Positions 19,131 to 29,607 of a stretch of DNA of 64,000 nt are shown here, piece by piece. The notes under the pieces were generated by a model. That model was given only the letters and a program-made list of their open reading frames with translations, searched no databases and had not been told where the DNA came from. The translations under genes were made by a program, and so were the position numbers. The DNA comes from a virus (taxonomy: Duplodnaviria; Caudoviricetes), in the IMG/VR virus record IMGVR_UViG_2808606532_000002, positions 8,106 through 72,105 of that record. One strand, 5' to 3'. Numbering within the stretch: position 1 is the stretch's first letter; every line of letters starts with the position of its first letter.

Positions 19131-19760
19131 TTAGGAAGGTTTAGAGCTGCTACCATGGACGTGGTTTTTACCTGAAATACCAGCGGATAGCACATCAGTG
19201 CTACTTGAGATTGTTCCTGTTGCACTAATCTCACCTTGTTGTGTGGTATTGCCTTGAATATCTATATCTCCTTTGATAAAAATACCGCTCTTTGTAAGGC
19301 GAATATAAATACTGCCATCTAAGGTTTGCAGAGATAGCCCATCAGCAAAAAAGTCTTTTATTACTTGAGGAACCGAGCAAATACCCGGAACAAACATCGC
19401 ATCAGATAAATCATGAAAACGATAATCTAACGGCTCTTTTGCATCGCCTGATTGCCACCAACCGTCAATACAACGCTCAGAAAAAATAGCCATACCTTCA
19501 TCACCAGCTTTCAGCGGAAAAGTCACTGCAAAACCGCCACCACGAGAAAAGCTGACAGGCACATCAACTAAGGGCGGAATTTGCAGGGTTTTGCCTTCTG
19601 ATAGAATTTGTTTGACTTGCAATGCCAGTACGACAGTTTGATTTTGAGAATTAAAGCTCACGACTTTTGCGGGCAAGGCAGTATGAATATTTTTTTGCAG
19701 TTGCAAAATTTGCTGATCTACTGAGGTTTCTGCACTTGCAGTATGAAGATCATAGTTCAT
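19131..19760 (-). CDS. Baseplate spike (Gp138-like)
   Basis: GDEG..IFSERCIDGWW, RFHDLSDA, C-terminal HVH. Confidence 0.85.
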   Translation of the reverse strand: MNYDLHTASAETSVDQQILQLQKNIHTALPAKVVSFNSQNQTVVLALQVKQILSEGKTLQIPPLVDVPVSFSRGGGFAVTFPLKAGDEGMAIFSERCIDGWWQSGDAKEPLDYRFHDLSDAMFVPGICSVPQVIKDFFADGLSLQTLDGSIYIRLTKSGIFIKGDIDIQGNTTQQGEISATGTISSSTDVLSAGISGKNHVHGSSSKPS

Positions 19761-20593
19761 TATTTTTCTCCGCTTTTGACTTTTTCAAATTTTCCGCCCA
19801 CCACGGTTAGTTTGCTCACCCAGTCACCGCCTAAGCCGTCACCTTGATGAGATAATTTCACGATTTTGTACTGTCCATTAAAGTAGTCCAAAATTGACCG
19901 CACTTCGACTAATCCGCCAATTTGTAAGGCTGGATTAAGCAGACAACTTAATTCTAAGCCGTCATCGGTTTGTTCAGGCGAATTGATCATGCCTGTTTCT
20001 TGTGATAATAAAACCACCTCATCACCTAATACTTTGTCACGAGGTAAAAAGACTAAATTACCATCTTGGATTGACCAATCAGCGTTATTATTCTTGGCTA
20101 TTTTGCTGATAATTTCTCTGCTATCGCCATTTAATACTCGCCCTCTAGGTAATTTACGTTTATTAGGCACATCAATAGTTCCCGCCTGAACTGTTGGCAT
20201 GGTTTGCTGTAAGGATTTAATAATATCCTCATCTGTCGCACCTGATTTAAGGGTAGTTTGTGCCATAGATTGCGTATAGGCTTGATGTCCGTCTGAACAT
20301 TCTAAGAACAAAATAAAATCAAGATTATCTCGCTTAACTTTGACCTTAGTGATTTCGCCTAGATAAATTTGCCGTAAAGTTTGATAACCCACAGATAAGG
20401 CAATTTTTTTAAAGGATTGGCTTAATAGTTGGTTGATATGATTGCGGTTTAAATTCCAGATCTGGAATGTAGCTGGATTAGGTTTGTCATTAATAGTTTT
20501 GTCAATTTCAAAAGCTACTCTTAGACTATCAATAATCAAGGTTTCGCTATCGTTACTTATGGCAACTTGCCATTGTCGTCCAAATTGTTTCAT
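19760..20593 (-). CDS. Baseplate hub protein
   Basis: IWNLN, WSIQDG, TGMI.SP, LLNP motifs; position. Confidence 0.78.
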   Translation of the reverse strand: MKQFGRQWQVAISNDSETLIIDSLRVAFEIDKTINDKPNPATFQIWNLNRNHINQLLSQSFKKIALSVGYQTLRQIYLGEITKVKVKRDNLDFILFLECSDGHQAYTQSMAQTTLKSGATDEDIIKSLQQTMPTVQAGTIDVPNKRKLPRGRVLNGDSREIISKIAKNNNADWSIQDGNLVFLPRDKVLGDEVVLLSQETGMINSPEQTDDGLELSCLLNPALQIGGLVEVRSILDYFNGQYKIVKLSHQGDGLGGDWVSKLTVVGGKFEKVKSGEK

Positions 20594-20669
20594 AAACTCT
20601 TACCTAAAATTAACTTGCTTTTTGTAGTGCATAACACTACAATAAATTATTATTATCTGAGGGCGATTT

Positions 20670-20948
20670 ATGATTATTTCGTTTAAACATAAAGGGCTAG
20701 AAAAGTTTTATTTAACAGGCAGTAAAGCAGGCATTCAAGCTAATCATGCCGCGAAACTTAGTAGAATTTTAGCTAGATTAGAAGTAGCAAAAATACCTCA
20801 AGATATGAATATTCCAGGCTGGAATCTTCATTCATTAACAGGCAATCTTGCTCAGCATTGGAGCGTAAAAGTCAACGGAAATTGGCGTGTTACTTTCAAA
20901 CTAGAAAATGGCCACGCTGAAATTGTCGATTATCAAGACTATCATTAG
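20670..20948 (+). CDS. higB: HigB toxin (RelE-like)
   Basis: MIISFKHKGL..WSVKVNGNWRVTF..DYQDYH. Confidence 0.93.
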   Translation: MIISFKHKGLEKFYLTGSKAGIQANHAAKLSRILARLEVAKIPQDMNIPGWNLHSLTGNLAQHWSVKVNGNWRVTFKLENGHAEIVDYQDYH

Positions 20949-20957
20949 GAGAATATT

Positions 20958-21263
20958 ATGACTATGTTTAACCCTCCTCATCCAGCAGAAATTCTCAGAG
21001 AAGATATTTTGCCAGAATTGGGATTAACAGTTACAGAAGCAGCTAAACAGCTTGGGGTTAACCGTGTTACCTTATCTCGCCTATTAAGCGGAAAATCTGC
21101 AATTAGTGCTGATATGGCATTGAGATTGCACGCATGGTTAGGCGAAAATAGTCCAACACCTGAAAGCTGGCTGCATCAGCAAGCTAATTATGATTTATGG
21201 ATTGCCTCTCAAAAACAGCAATTTAAGATCACACCTACGCAATCATTGAATTATTCTTGCTAA
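20958..21263 (+). CDS. higA: HigA antitoxin
   Basis: NPPHPAEIL, HTH, ISADMALRL, Q..YDLW. Confidence 0.93.
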   Translation: MTMFNPPHPAEILREDILPELGLTVTEAAKQLGVNRVTLSRLLSGKSAISADMALRLHAWLGENSPTPESWLHQQANYDLWIASQKQQFKITPTQSLNYSC

Positions 21264-21595
21264 ATTTTCTCACCAATATACAAAAAACATCTTGATCCTA
21301 AATCGTTCAAACTCATAGGATCAAGATTTGCTCCGCTTTCATCACTTAGCCATAAAAAATAAGGCTGCGTAGTACGTTCAAGCAATTTCACCCCACAAAC
21401 TAAGGCTAACCCTTGGCAAATTTGTTTTTGGTTGATTGGCTCAAAAACGTCCATAACCCAACAATTTCCAATGCTATTAAATCGCAAGGTAATTCTGATC
21501 TTGCGGTTTAAAAATTCAATAGTTTGTTCCTGAAAAGGTGCATTTGTGATAGGGATTTGATGTAGTTGCATATTTTTACCCATAAAAAACCCCAC
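21260..21595 (-). CDS. Small baseplate protein
   Basis: Position between hub and tube initiator; L..G..LL motif. Confidence 0.65.
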   Translation of the reverse strand: MGFFMGKNMQLHQIPITNAPFQEQTIEFLNRKIRITLRFNSIGNCWVMDVFEPINQKQICQGLALVCGVKLLERTTQPYFLWLSDESGANLDPMSLNDLGSRCFLYIGEKI

Positions 21596-21781
21596 GAATA
21601 TCGTAGGGTCTTAGATACTAAGTTCGATGTTTATTTTATTTTCTGTAAGAGTTCACTGCTAGATATTTTAGAGTAATTATTTTCCTGTACTTTTTTGTAA
21701 ACAAAATACATATCAGCCAACCACCATATAATACTGATAGGTAAAATTGGAAGGCATAGCAATTTAATCAATCCCTTTCTC

Positions 21782-23096
21782 GAGCCTCTCCCATAATTTG
21801 TGTAAATACCTTTTTCTGAGATAATACATCTAGATACAGGCATTTTATTATGAACGAAAAACAACTTCACGCCTTGGCAGCGGAATTTGCCAAAACCCTA
21901 AAAACCCCAGAAGACCTTAATCAGTTTTCACGAATGCTCAAAAAAATCACGGTAGAAGCGGCGTTAAATGGTGAGCTGACAGACCACCTTGGCTATGAAA
22001 AGCATCAGCCCAGAAAAGGCAAAAATGCACGTAATGGCTACACATCCAAGACTATCATCTGTGATGAAGGTGAGATAGAAATTGACACCCCTCGTGACCG
22101 CGATGGCAGCTTTGAGCCACAACTTATCAAGAAAAATCAAACCCGTATTACCGGGATGGATGAACAGATTATTGCCTTATATGCCAAGGGCTTAAGCAAT
22201 CAAGAAATCGTTGAAATGTTCAAAGAACTCTATGATGCGGATGTGTCAACAAGCCTGATTTCTCGTGTGACAGATTCTGTAAAAGAACGCGTAATAGCAT
22301 GGCAAAGTCGTGCACTTGATGCAATTTACCCGATTGTTTACTTGGATTGTATCGTGGTGAAAGTGCGTCAAGATGGACGAATTATCAACAAATCCGTGTT
22401 TGTGGCATTAGGTGTCAATCTGGAAGGACATAAAGAACTTTTAGGGCTTTGGATTGCGGAGAATGAAGGGGCGAAGTTCTGGGCTAATGTGCTCACTGAA
22501 TTACAAAATCGTGGCTTGAAAGATATTTTTATTGCTTGCGTAGATGGTTTAAAAGGCTTTCCAGAAGCTATCAATGCGGTTTATCCGCAAACAAAGATTC
22601 AGCTTTGTATTGTGCATTTAGTGCGTAACAGTTTGAAATATGTCTCGTGGAAAGATTACAAAGCGGTGACAGCAGATTTAAAGGGAGTTTATCAAGCGCC
22701 AACGGAGGCTCAAGCACGCGAAAATCTGACCGCACTTTCGCAAAAATGGCAGGCAAAATACCCGCTTGTGGCGAAATGTTGGGAAGATAACTGGGCAAAT
22801 ATTGCGACCTTTTTTGATTATCCCAACGATATCCGCAAAGCGATATATACGACGAATGCAGTGGAATCGCTTAATAGTGTGATTCGTCGTGTAATTAAAA
22901 AACGCAATGTGTTTCCAACGGATGATTCGGTGTTCAAAGTAATTTGGCTTGCGATGAAAGATGCCTCAAAAAAATGGACAATGCCGATTCAAAACTGGAA
23001 ACTGGCGATGAATCGATTTATGATTGATTTTGGTGCTCGCTTAGACGAGCACCGTTAAGTTGAAATGGGTGTTTACACAGAATTTGGGATGGGGTC
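21782..23096 (+). mobile_element. IS256-family insertion sequence (1315 bp)
   Basis: 25-bp imperfect IRs GAGCCTCTCCCATAATTTGTGTAAA / GACCCCATCCCAAATTCTGTGTAAA; 8-bp TSD CCTTTCTC at 21774-21781 and 23097-23104. Confidence 0.95.
21850..23058 (+). CDS. IS256 family transposase
   Basis: RNG..PRDR.G.FEP, YLD, DGLKG, QLCIVH, IYTTNAVES. Confidence 0.97.
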   Translation: MNEKQLHALAAEFAKTLKTPEDLNQFSRMLKKITVEAALNGELTDHLGYEKHQPRKGKNARNGYTSKTIICDEGEIEIDTPRDRDGSFEPQLIKKNQTRITGMDEQIIALYAKGLSNQEIVEMFKELYDADVSTSLISRVTDSVKERVIAWQSRALDAIYPIVYLDCIVVKVRQDGRIINKSVFVALGVNLEGHKELLGLWIAENEGAKFWANVLTELQNRGLKDIFIACVDGLKGFPEAINAVYPQTKIQLCIVHLVRNSLKYVSWKDYKAVTADLKGVYQAPTEAQARENLTALSQKWQAKYPLVAKCWEDNWANIATFFDYPNDIRKAIYTTNAVESLNSVIRRVIKKRNVFPTDDSVFKVIWLAMKDASKKWTMPIQNWKLAMNRFMIDFGARLDEHR

Positions 23097-23685
23097 CCTT
23101 TCTCCTATCTTTGATTAAAAATCTATCTATACCTAACCAGCCAAAAAAGAGAGAAATATATATCATCCCCACAGCATTTTTCAGTCCTAAGTTTTTTGAT
23201 AGTTCTTTATAATCTTCATTGGTATAGCCTTGTGTAAGTGTTTCTATCTGCAGGCGATATTTCTTTGGAATTTTATAGAAAAACTCTTCTTTTTCTGCAT
23301 TTTTTGTATAATCTTCAATCCTTTCCATTAGACCCTTTTTATTGGTCTCTATAGGTTCCAAAGATACATCCGCTTCCTCTACAGATACTTTTTCTTCCTT
23401 GGGTTGAGTGCCTTTTAGCTTGGTTCGAGTGTAAATACCCGTTCCAGGTAAACCAGCATTTAGATATGTTCCATCTTTACCAAGATTAACAGAAAGACCT
23501 TTAACCCCCACCGTTGTACTAATTCCAGATTTACTTAAATTAATTGATATTCCAGGTGCTATTTTTATTCTCTTTCTAAATTTAAATGGATTTTTAAATG
23601 AATTTCTAGCCATATCAAGTTCCCCCTATTTAATTCTAGGTAGAATTATACATCTTACAGAACTGTTATCAAAAAAATGATGTGA

Positions 23686-24489
23686 TTATTTCAACGCCTT
23701 TTTTAGCCCCTCACCGATATATCTTGCAAGCCCACCTTTCTCCACAGGCTTTGTCTGTGTTGCTCCCTGTTGGGTTTTAGGGGCGGATTGAATTGCTGCA
23801 CGTCCGCTTTTTTGTTTGCCAGCTACGCCATTTTTGCTCTTGTTAGGCTGAGAGGTTGTAGTAACGGTATCAACAATTAAAACCTCACGGGCAGAGATGG
23901 TAAAGGTGGCACTACCGTCTTGAGATTGCACTACTGAAACTGACTCAATCAGCATATTTTTGTACAGATGAATGCCTGTTTGAATATCAATAGGTTCACC
24001 TGACTTTTGACTTGCAACCAAATCAGCGTAGCATTTTTGAATGCGATTGCTGCTTTCTGAACTATCTAAAAAACCACCCAAGCCAAAATCTGGCAAGAAT
24101 GGAGCGATTGCCCTAACCTTATTGATTTGGTCTTGTGCCATTTGAACCGCACCTGCTGCTTGGCTTAACACTCGAGTAGCTTTCGCTAAGGTTTGTGCGG
24201 TTTGTGTGACAACTTTAACAGGTAAGGGGAACTGATTAAGAAAATCCGTCACCCCTCGAATATTTCCCAGGTAAGGAAGATTAGCACCAAAACCACCATG
24301 ATCATGTTCAACCATAACACCGACAATAGTGACTGATTTAGGTTTTAGCACCGCATGATCGGCAATAACCGCCCCTGACTCAATTGGGTTTTCACTAATA
24401 TCAAGATTGGATTGGTGATCTTCGTTTGTCACTACATCCAAGGTAATTTTACCAATTCTGCGGTTTGTGATTTGAGCAAAATTAAACAT
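23686..24489 (-). CDS. Tail tube initiator / baseplate protein
   Basis: ISENPIESGAVIADHA motif; follows tape measure. Confidence 0.72.
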   Translation of the reverse strand: MFNFAQITNRRIGKITLDVVTNEDHQSNLDISENPIESGAVIADHAVLKPKSVTIVGVMVEHDHGGFGANLPYLGNIRGVTDFLNQFPLPVKVVTQTAQTLAKATRVLSQAAGAVQMAQDQINKVRAIAPFLPDFGLGGFLDSSESSNRIQKCYADLVASQKSGEPIDIQTGIHLYKNMLIESVSVVQSQDGSATFTISAREVLIVDTVTTTSQPNKSKNGVAGKQKSGRAAIQSAPKTQQGATQTKPVEKGGLARYIGEGLKKALK

Positions 24490-24498
24490 AAAATCCCC

Positions 24499-26664
24499 TT
24501 ATTGAACAAATGCCGATCTTGTATTTTGAATGGTTTGGTTATAGCGGTCTGCTATCAATTTAGCATCTTTATCCGCATAACCTGAGCCATTGAGATTAAT
24601 AGTAGTCGTGTATTTGTTATTGCTGTTTTGCATACTATGATCTGCATTGTTGGTTGTTAATGCTTGTGCGGGTAAACTCATTGCTTGCATAGACATATTC
24701 GCCACCTTTTCAGCATTGTTATCACCACCAAAAAACGAGGTCACACTGTCCCACGCTCCTTTAGCTTTATCTGAAATGCCATCTGCAATCTTTGATGGAG
24801 AGAAATTTTTCACTGCATCAATAATAGGTGCAATATAGGTATCATATTGCAATTTCACCCAGTCAAAGGCTGATTTAAATGGCGACATAATCCAGTCGGT
24901 TACTTGAGCAAAGCCTTGCTCGATAACAGTTAAATCAAGCTGTGAGCCTGTAAAGGTTTCCCATAAGCTATTGACATAGTCAAGGGCAAATTGGAAAGGT
25001 GTTTTAATGTAATCAATGACTAAATCAAAAATCGCCCCTATTGGATCAACACTAAAGTTATCGATAAATTTTGCCCATATTGCTTTTATACGATTGAATG
25101 CATTAATAAATGGTCGGCTCATTATCGTAAAAATACGTAGCAAAATTTGTTTTAATTTTCCTACCGCACTTTTAGCATAATCAACGATATTTTGCCAAAG
25201 TCCACTTAACCATTTCACCGCCTTTTGAGCAAAATCTGAAACCGCTTTTTTAATTTTGTCCCAGTTTTTTATTAATTGGTAAATGGCAAAACCAAGTAAA
25301 GCAATAATAGCAATAATTGCACCAACAGGGTTAGCCACAAACGCCATGCGAATTGCCATTCCTACGGATTTGATAATCCCGATTAATTTTCCTCCCCAAC
25401 CAATAACCGAAGAGAATAGCCCTGACATTTTGCCGATTGCACTAAAAGCCCTGACAAATCCCATAAATTGCCCAGACATAGAGGCAATACCACGACCGAA
25501 TAGGGCGACTATTAACCCAATACCCAGTAAGATTTCATCTCGATATTCATTCCAAAACGCTACCGCACTTTCAAGATAACGAGGAAAATCCGCAATCAGT
25601 CCTTGTACCCATCGCAAACCTTTGGCGAAAGGCTCCCAAAATGCCCCTAAATAGCTTGCTGCCTCGCCATCTTCAAGGTAAATAATAAAGTCTTCGACCA
25701 GTGCGATAAGTGCAACTAATCCAGCTACAATCCACACAAAAGGGTTCATGGCAAAGGCTTTTATCATTTGACGATTAGCCCAAAGCGATACGGCTGCTAA
25801 AATCATCATGGCGTTTTTCCAGCCTACCGTAGAGCGAATAACGCGATCTACTGCCGATATAAAATAACCAAAAAAAGACATTACTCGCTGAATTATCCGA
25901 GCAAAGCTGGTTAATCCATCTTTAATAAAGGCATTATTGACAATAAACCAGTTTTTAAAGCGTGCGATCACATCTTGAATAGAGGGAGCAAATTGTAGGC
26001 TTAAAAACTCTCTTACCCCTTTGAGCATTTGCCCCATTTCTGTCATTGAGTCTTTAAAACTAGCAGCAATTTCCACATTTTCCGCATTAGCCACACCTAA
26101 AGATAAGGCTTCTGCGTTTTGCATTGCCTCTTGCATTTCTGCGTTGGTGAGGCGTAAGGTTTGGATCATACTGCCGTCAATGCCTAGCTTGGATAACATC
26201 GCAATCTGTTGCTGATTGCTCATACCCACCATACGCTGACGGATTTCCTCGAGTATTTCAGATGAACTTTTGATCTCACCATTGGCTTTTTTGGCACTAA
26301 AGCCATAATTTTCAAACGCCCTTGCCCCTAAACCTACGCCATTAGCAGCTTCACCAATCGCCTTAGAAAGTCCCTCAATAGAGGCTTGAGCAGCTTGCGA
26401 AGACGATCCATTTACCTCAGCAACCTTGTCTAATAAATAGATTTTATCCGCTGCCTCGCCTGTTACCTTTGAAAGCTGTCTCACCTCATCAAGTGCGGTC
26501 AGATTACTGTTTACAAAGGCGGTTAGCCCAGCCACAGCACCAGCAAAAGCACCGCCTAAAAGTGCGGTAGCTTTTCCGATATTTTTTAAGCTCACCTCAA
26601 CATCTAGAAGCTTTTTAAGGTCAGCTTTTACGCCAATCTTGATTAATAAATCATTTAGTAGCAT
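24499..26664 (-). CDS. Tail tape measure protein
   Basis: 721 aa helical, ANP/NWD repeats, follows tail chaperones. Confidence 0.88.
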   Translation of the reverse strand: MLLNDLLIKIGVKADLKKLLDVEVSLKNIGKATALLGGAFAGAVAGLTAFVNSNLTALDEVRQLSKVTGEAADKIYLLDKVAEVNGSSSQAAQASIEGLSKAIGEAANGVGLGARAFENYGFSAKKANGEIKSSSEILEEIRQRMVGMSNQQQIAMLSKLGIDGSMIQTLRLTNAEMQEAMQNAEALSLGVANAENVEIAASFKDSMTEMGQMLKGVREFLSLQFAPSIQDVIARFKNWFIVNNAFIKDGLTSFARIIQRVMSFFGYFISAVDRVIRSTVGWKNAMMILAAVSLWANRQMIKAFAMNPFVWIVAGLVALIALVEDFIIYLEDGEAASYLGAFWEPFAKGLRWVQGLIADFPRYLESAVAFWNEYRDEILLGIGLIVALFGRGIASMSGQFMGFVRAFSAIGKMSGLFSSVIGWGGKLIGIIKSVGMAIRMAFVANPVGAIIAIIALLGFAIYQLIKNWDKIKKAVSDFAQKAVKWLSGLWQNIVDYAKSAVGKLKQILLRIFTIMSRPFINAFNRIKAIWAKFIDNFSVDPIGAIFDLVIDYIKTPFQFALDYVNSLWETFTGSQLDLTVIEQGFAQVTDWIMSPFKSAFDWVKLQYDTYIAPIIDAVKNFSPSKIADGISDKAKGAWDSVTSFFGGDNNAEKVANMSMQAMSLPAQALTTNNADHSMQNSNNKYTTTINLNGSGYADKDAKLIADRYNQTIQNTRSAFVQ

Positions 26665-26884
26665 TGGCTTTTCTCTCCATTTCGTTTAATTCCAGCACGA
26701 CTTCATGAAATGACAAAAGGTCGCCTAGGGAGTAGAGCGACCTTAATTCATTTAGCGTGCAAAATTGTTTAACTATCGGGGTAAAAATAAACCAATCTAC
26801 TTGAGATTGGCTTAGGCTTTGCTGTTTGTTGTCGGACTGGTTGCGATGATACCCTTCAGCAATTCGCCCCCACCGCTGAAAAAA
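26651..26884 (-). CDS. -1 frameshift extension of tail assembly chaperone (gpGT-like)
   Basis: T-TTT-TTC heptamer (26884-26878); -1 frame open to TGA 26653-26651 (..VDWFIFTPIVKQFCTLNELRSLYSLGDLL..). Confidence 0.75.
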   Translation of the reverse strand, partial: FFQRWGRIAEGYHRNQSDNKQQSLSQSQVDWFIFTPIVKQFCTLNELRSLYSLGDLLSFHEVVLELNEMERKANATK

Positions 26885-27240
26885 TCTCCGAATTGGTACT
26901 TTAACCCCTCCATTAATACAGGGATTAAATGGGAGCGGTAGCGGTTGAAATGACGATCTGGATTATCAGATAAGCGTTGATTGCCTTGCTCGCCTTGGCA
27001 GACGGTATGCTTTAACACAATCTCTTCAAGGGCTTTGACACTTGGATCGCCTAAGTTACCCAATACCGTAGAAATTAAACTTGCGCCCAATTCTTCCGCC
27101 TTGCTACCTGTCATTTGGGTTAAATTAACCCCTTGCAATAAACGTAAGGCATTTTTTAATGCTTGCCATGATGACATTGCATTAGCAGGCGTCATTAAGT
27201 AGGTTACACCGCCATATTCAAATTGATGTTGTTCTTGCAT
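26812..27240 (-). CDS. Tail assembly chaperone
   Basis: Between tube and tape measure; FGDFF slippery end. Confidence 0.8.
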   Translation of the reverse strand: MQEQHQFEYGGVTYLMTPANAMSSWQALKNALRLLQGVNLTQMTGSKAEELGASLISTVLGNLGDPSVKALEEIVLKHTVCQGEQGNQRLSDNPDRHFNRYRSHLIPVLMEGLKYQFGDFFSGGGELLKGIIATSPTTNSKA

Positions 27241-27671
27241 TATGCCACTCCTTTCTCAAATTCTGTGTTCATTTGCTCAAAGACGATAGTCCATTCTTCC
27301 GCATTATGCCCTTGCCCACGGGTAAAGGCTGGAGGCGTGGTGAAATACCCTTTTGTCGCTGTTACCACATCACCATTGAGTAAATCTCGAATAGAAAGAG
27401 TCATTGGCGTAAAGGTTTTAATGCTGTTTTTCTGTTGATTGCGTAACTTGCTTAAATACGCATTATCTTCAGAATGTTGTTTGATTTTCAGCACTAACTT
27501 GCCTGATTTGTTGGTATTTGAAATAAATACACCTGTGCCATTTGCACCAATTACATATTCGCCATCATCAGTTTGAAAGGTCGCACTAATTACATCTGAG
27601 CCGTCTGACCAGTCGCTAATTTCACGACCATCTAACAAAACAATGACTTCTTTTGGATCGAAAACTGCCAT
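27240..27671 (-). CDS. Tail tube protein (DUF3277-like)
   Basis: FDPKEV, GANG, follows sheath. Confidence 0.82.
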   Translation of the reverse strand: MAVFDPKEVIVLLDGREISDWSDGSDVISATFQTDDGEYVIGANGTGVFISNTNKSGKLVLKIKQHSEDNAYLSKLRNQQKNSIKTFTPMTLSIRDLLNGDVVTATKGYFTTPPAFTRGQGHNAEEWTIVFEQMNTEFEKGVA

Positions 27672-27682
27672 TTTATTTTTCC

Positions 27683-29185
27683 TTATCGGTTGTAGTTGAT
27701 AATCACATCGCTAAAGTGGATTGCTCCAGCGAGTTTGACTGCGGTCTGAATTGGTGTGGCTCGGCGTTGCTCTCGGTCACTATCGGAAAGCGTGTCCATT
27801 GGTGCCGCCCAGACATAGTAGCCTTTTTCTAAGTAGTCGCCTGTTTGTAGCGAGCCGAAACTATCGCCATTCCATTGACCCGGTGCAAATGCCCCGTTGT
27901 TAATGCCTTCTAAGCAGACTTTTTCCACTGCAGCAATTAACACCGCTTGACCTTTATCGGTAAGCGGTAGTTTTGTTGGTGATTTATACAAACGAGCAAA
28001 AACTTCTTTTTGTACCGCATCAGTGAACCAGTCTAAAATCACAATTTCATCGGCAAATTTACCGCCAATCACCGTACCTTCCGCTAGCATCGCCACATCA
28101 TCGTAATAGGTGTAAGTGTTGATACCTAAGCGTTTTGCTTTGTTATGCTCGGTTGCGGTTACATCATCTGCGGTAATGCCCGGTTGAGTTTTAAACTTAA
28201 GCGTAATGGTTGAGTTGTTGGCCGCAAAATTAACCGCCAATAAGCGAGCGAGTGCGGAAGAGCAAGCGTAGAGATCGTCTTTGTCATAAATCGCTAAAGT
28301 ATGATCTAACTGTGCATCGGCTAATTTTTTATAGACATTGTCATTGGACCATTCTAATTGAGCTGGGCGAATGACATTTGCCCCGAATAATTTGGTGTTT
28401 GCCTGTGCATATTTTGCTGCCGTCATCACTTGATCATCGGTAAGTTGTGCGGCAAACGTAAAGCCATACCAGTTGTTATTGATTTCAGCGAGATTAAATA
28501 AGGCTTGCCCTACGCTTTCCGCTTTAACACTTGACGAGGATTTACCAATTACTCGGGTTGCTTGCCCGTCTTCTAATCGCAACAATGAGCCAAGATATTC
28601 GCCCTCTGTTTCGTCCGAATAGGCGTAGAAAATCAAGCTAGATTTATCCTCACCCGCACGAGAAGCTGTCAATAAAATACGATTGCCTGTTGGGTCATAA
28701 CTGGCTGTCACTGATTGTGCGGTCAGTTTTTCGGTAATTTTGCTGGCTACGGCATTAAAGTCGGCACACTTAGTCAGATTTAGCCCTGAGACCACCACTT
28801 TGCTTGAGCCAATAGTTAGCACAAAATAGCCATTTGCCACTTGCTTAAATTCTTCTAATGGATTAGCAAGAGTTGCCCCTTGTAAAGCATTACTCGTTGC
28901 ATTAATCGTTGCTTGGGTTTTCTGCCAACGAGCAATAACAAGCTGTTTCGCACGTGGACGTTGAGCAAAAAACGGAAAACTCGCCTTAGCGGTTTCAGAG
29001 TCAGAACCGAATAATTGCTCAACTTCTCGCTGGTCATTCACATACACATAGCGAGTTTTATCATCATTGAACACATTGCCTGCCTCTGGGGTAAACAATG
29101 CCACGACGCCAAAATCTTTACGTGCAGCCGATTTTGGTACGGTATTAAGTTGCACATTGACAACATTGGAAATGGATAATGCCAT
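27683..29185 (-). CDS. Tail sheath protein (DUF3383-like)
   Basis: LSISNVVNV, KFKTQPGI, KLAGAIH. Confidence 0.88.
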   Translation of the reverse strand: MALSISNVVNVQLNTVPKSAARKDFGVVALFTPEAGNVFNDDKTRYVYVNDQREVEQLFGSDSETAKASFPFFAQRPRAKQLVIARWQKTQATINATSNALQGATLANPLEEFKQVANGYFVLTIGSSKVVVSGLNLTKCADFNAVASKITEKLTAQSVTASYDPTGNRILLTASRAGEDKSSLIFYAYSDETEGEYLGSLLRLEDGQATRVIGKSSSSVKAESVGQALFNLAEINNNWYGFTFAAQLTDDQVMTAAKYAQANTKLFGANVIRPAQLEWSNDNVYKKLADAQLDHTLAIYDKDDLYACSSALARLLAVNFAANNSTITLKFKTQPGITADDVTATEHNKAKRLGINTYTYYDDVAMLAEGTVIGGKFADEIVILDWFTDAVQKEVFARLYKSPTKLPLTDKGQAVLIAAVEKVCLEGINNGAFAPGQWNGDSFGSLQTGDYLEKGYYVWAAPMDTLSDSDREQRRATPIQTAVKLAGAIHFSDVIINYNR

Positions 29186-29214
29186 TTGCTTGTCTCCTGT
29201 TTGGATAATAAAAA

Positions 29215-29241
29215 ACCGCACTTGATTGCTCAAAGTGCGGT
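29215..29241. repeat. Inverted pair of Hin-type DNA uptake sequences; more than 20 single copies elsewhere in the window
   Basis: ACCGCACTT 29215-29223 and AAGTGCGGT 29233-29241. Confidence 0.85.
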
Positions 29242-29318
29242 GGGTTTAGTGTGTAAAATAATAGTTTACATTTAGTGATTTTGCTGTATAGTATTACTAT
29301 ACGAAAGGGTAAGCCATT

Positions 29319-29597
29319 ATGATCATTTCATTTAAGCACAAAGGTTTAGAACAGTTCTTTAAAACTGGATCAACAGCAGGTATTCAAGCCAAACACGCAG
29401 ATAGACTTAACATTATTCTGACTGCCCTCAATGCGGCGACTGCGGCTCAAGATTTAAATCGTTCGGGTTGGAACTTGCATCGTCTCAAAGGAGAACTTGC
29501 CGAACATTGGAGTGTAAAAGTTAATGGAAATTGGCGAATTACCTTTCGATTTGAAAATGGCAATGCTGAAATCGTCAATTATCAGGATTATCACTAG
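29319..29597 (+). CDS. higB: HigB toxin (copy 2)
   Basis: Same motifs as 20670-20948. Confidence 0.93.
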   Translation: MIISFKHKGLEQFFKTGSTAGIQAKHADRLNIILTALNAATAAQDLNRSGWNLHRLKGELAEHWSVKVNGNWRITFRFENGNAEIVNYQDYH

Positions 29598-29607
29598 GAG
29601 AAACTCA

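Larger units (their letters stand above)
21631..23613 (-). pseudogene. DUF4236 + TM2-domain membrane moron disrupted by IS256
   Basis: FRKRIKIAPGISINLSKSG N-terminus; SLFFGWLGIDRF..KG|LIKLL rejoined across the IS. Confidence 0.85.

Noticed and set aside
21631-21870. Independent 79-aa gene
   Set aside because: Chimeric frame: IS256 left end plus the C-terminal half of the interrupted TM2 gene
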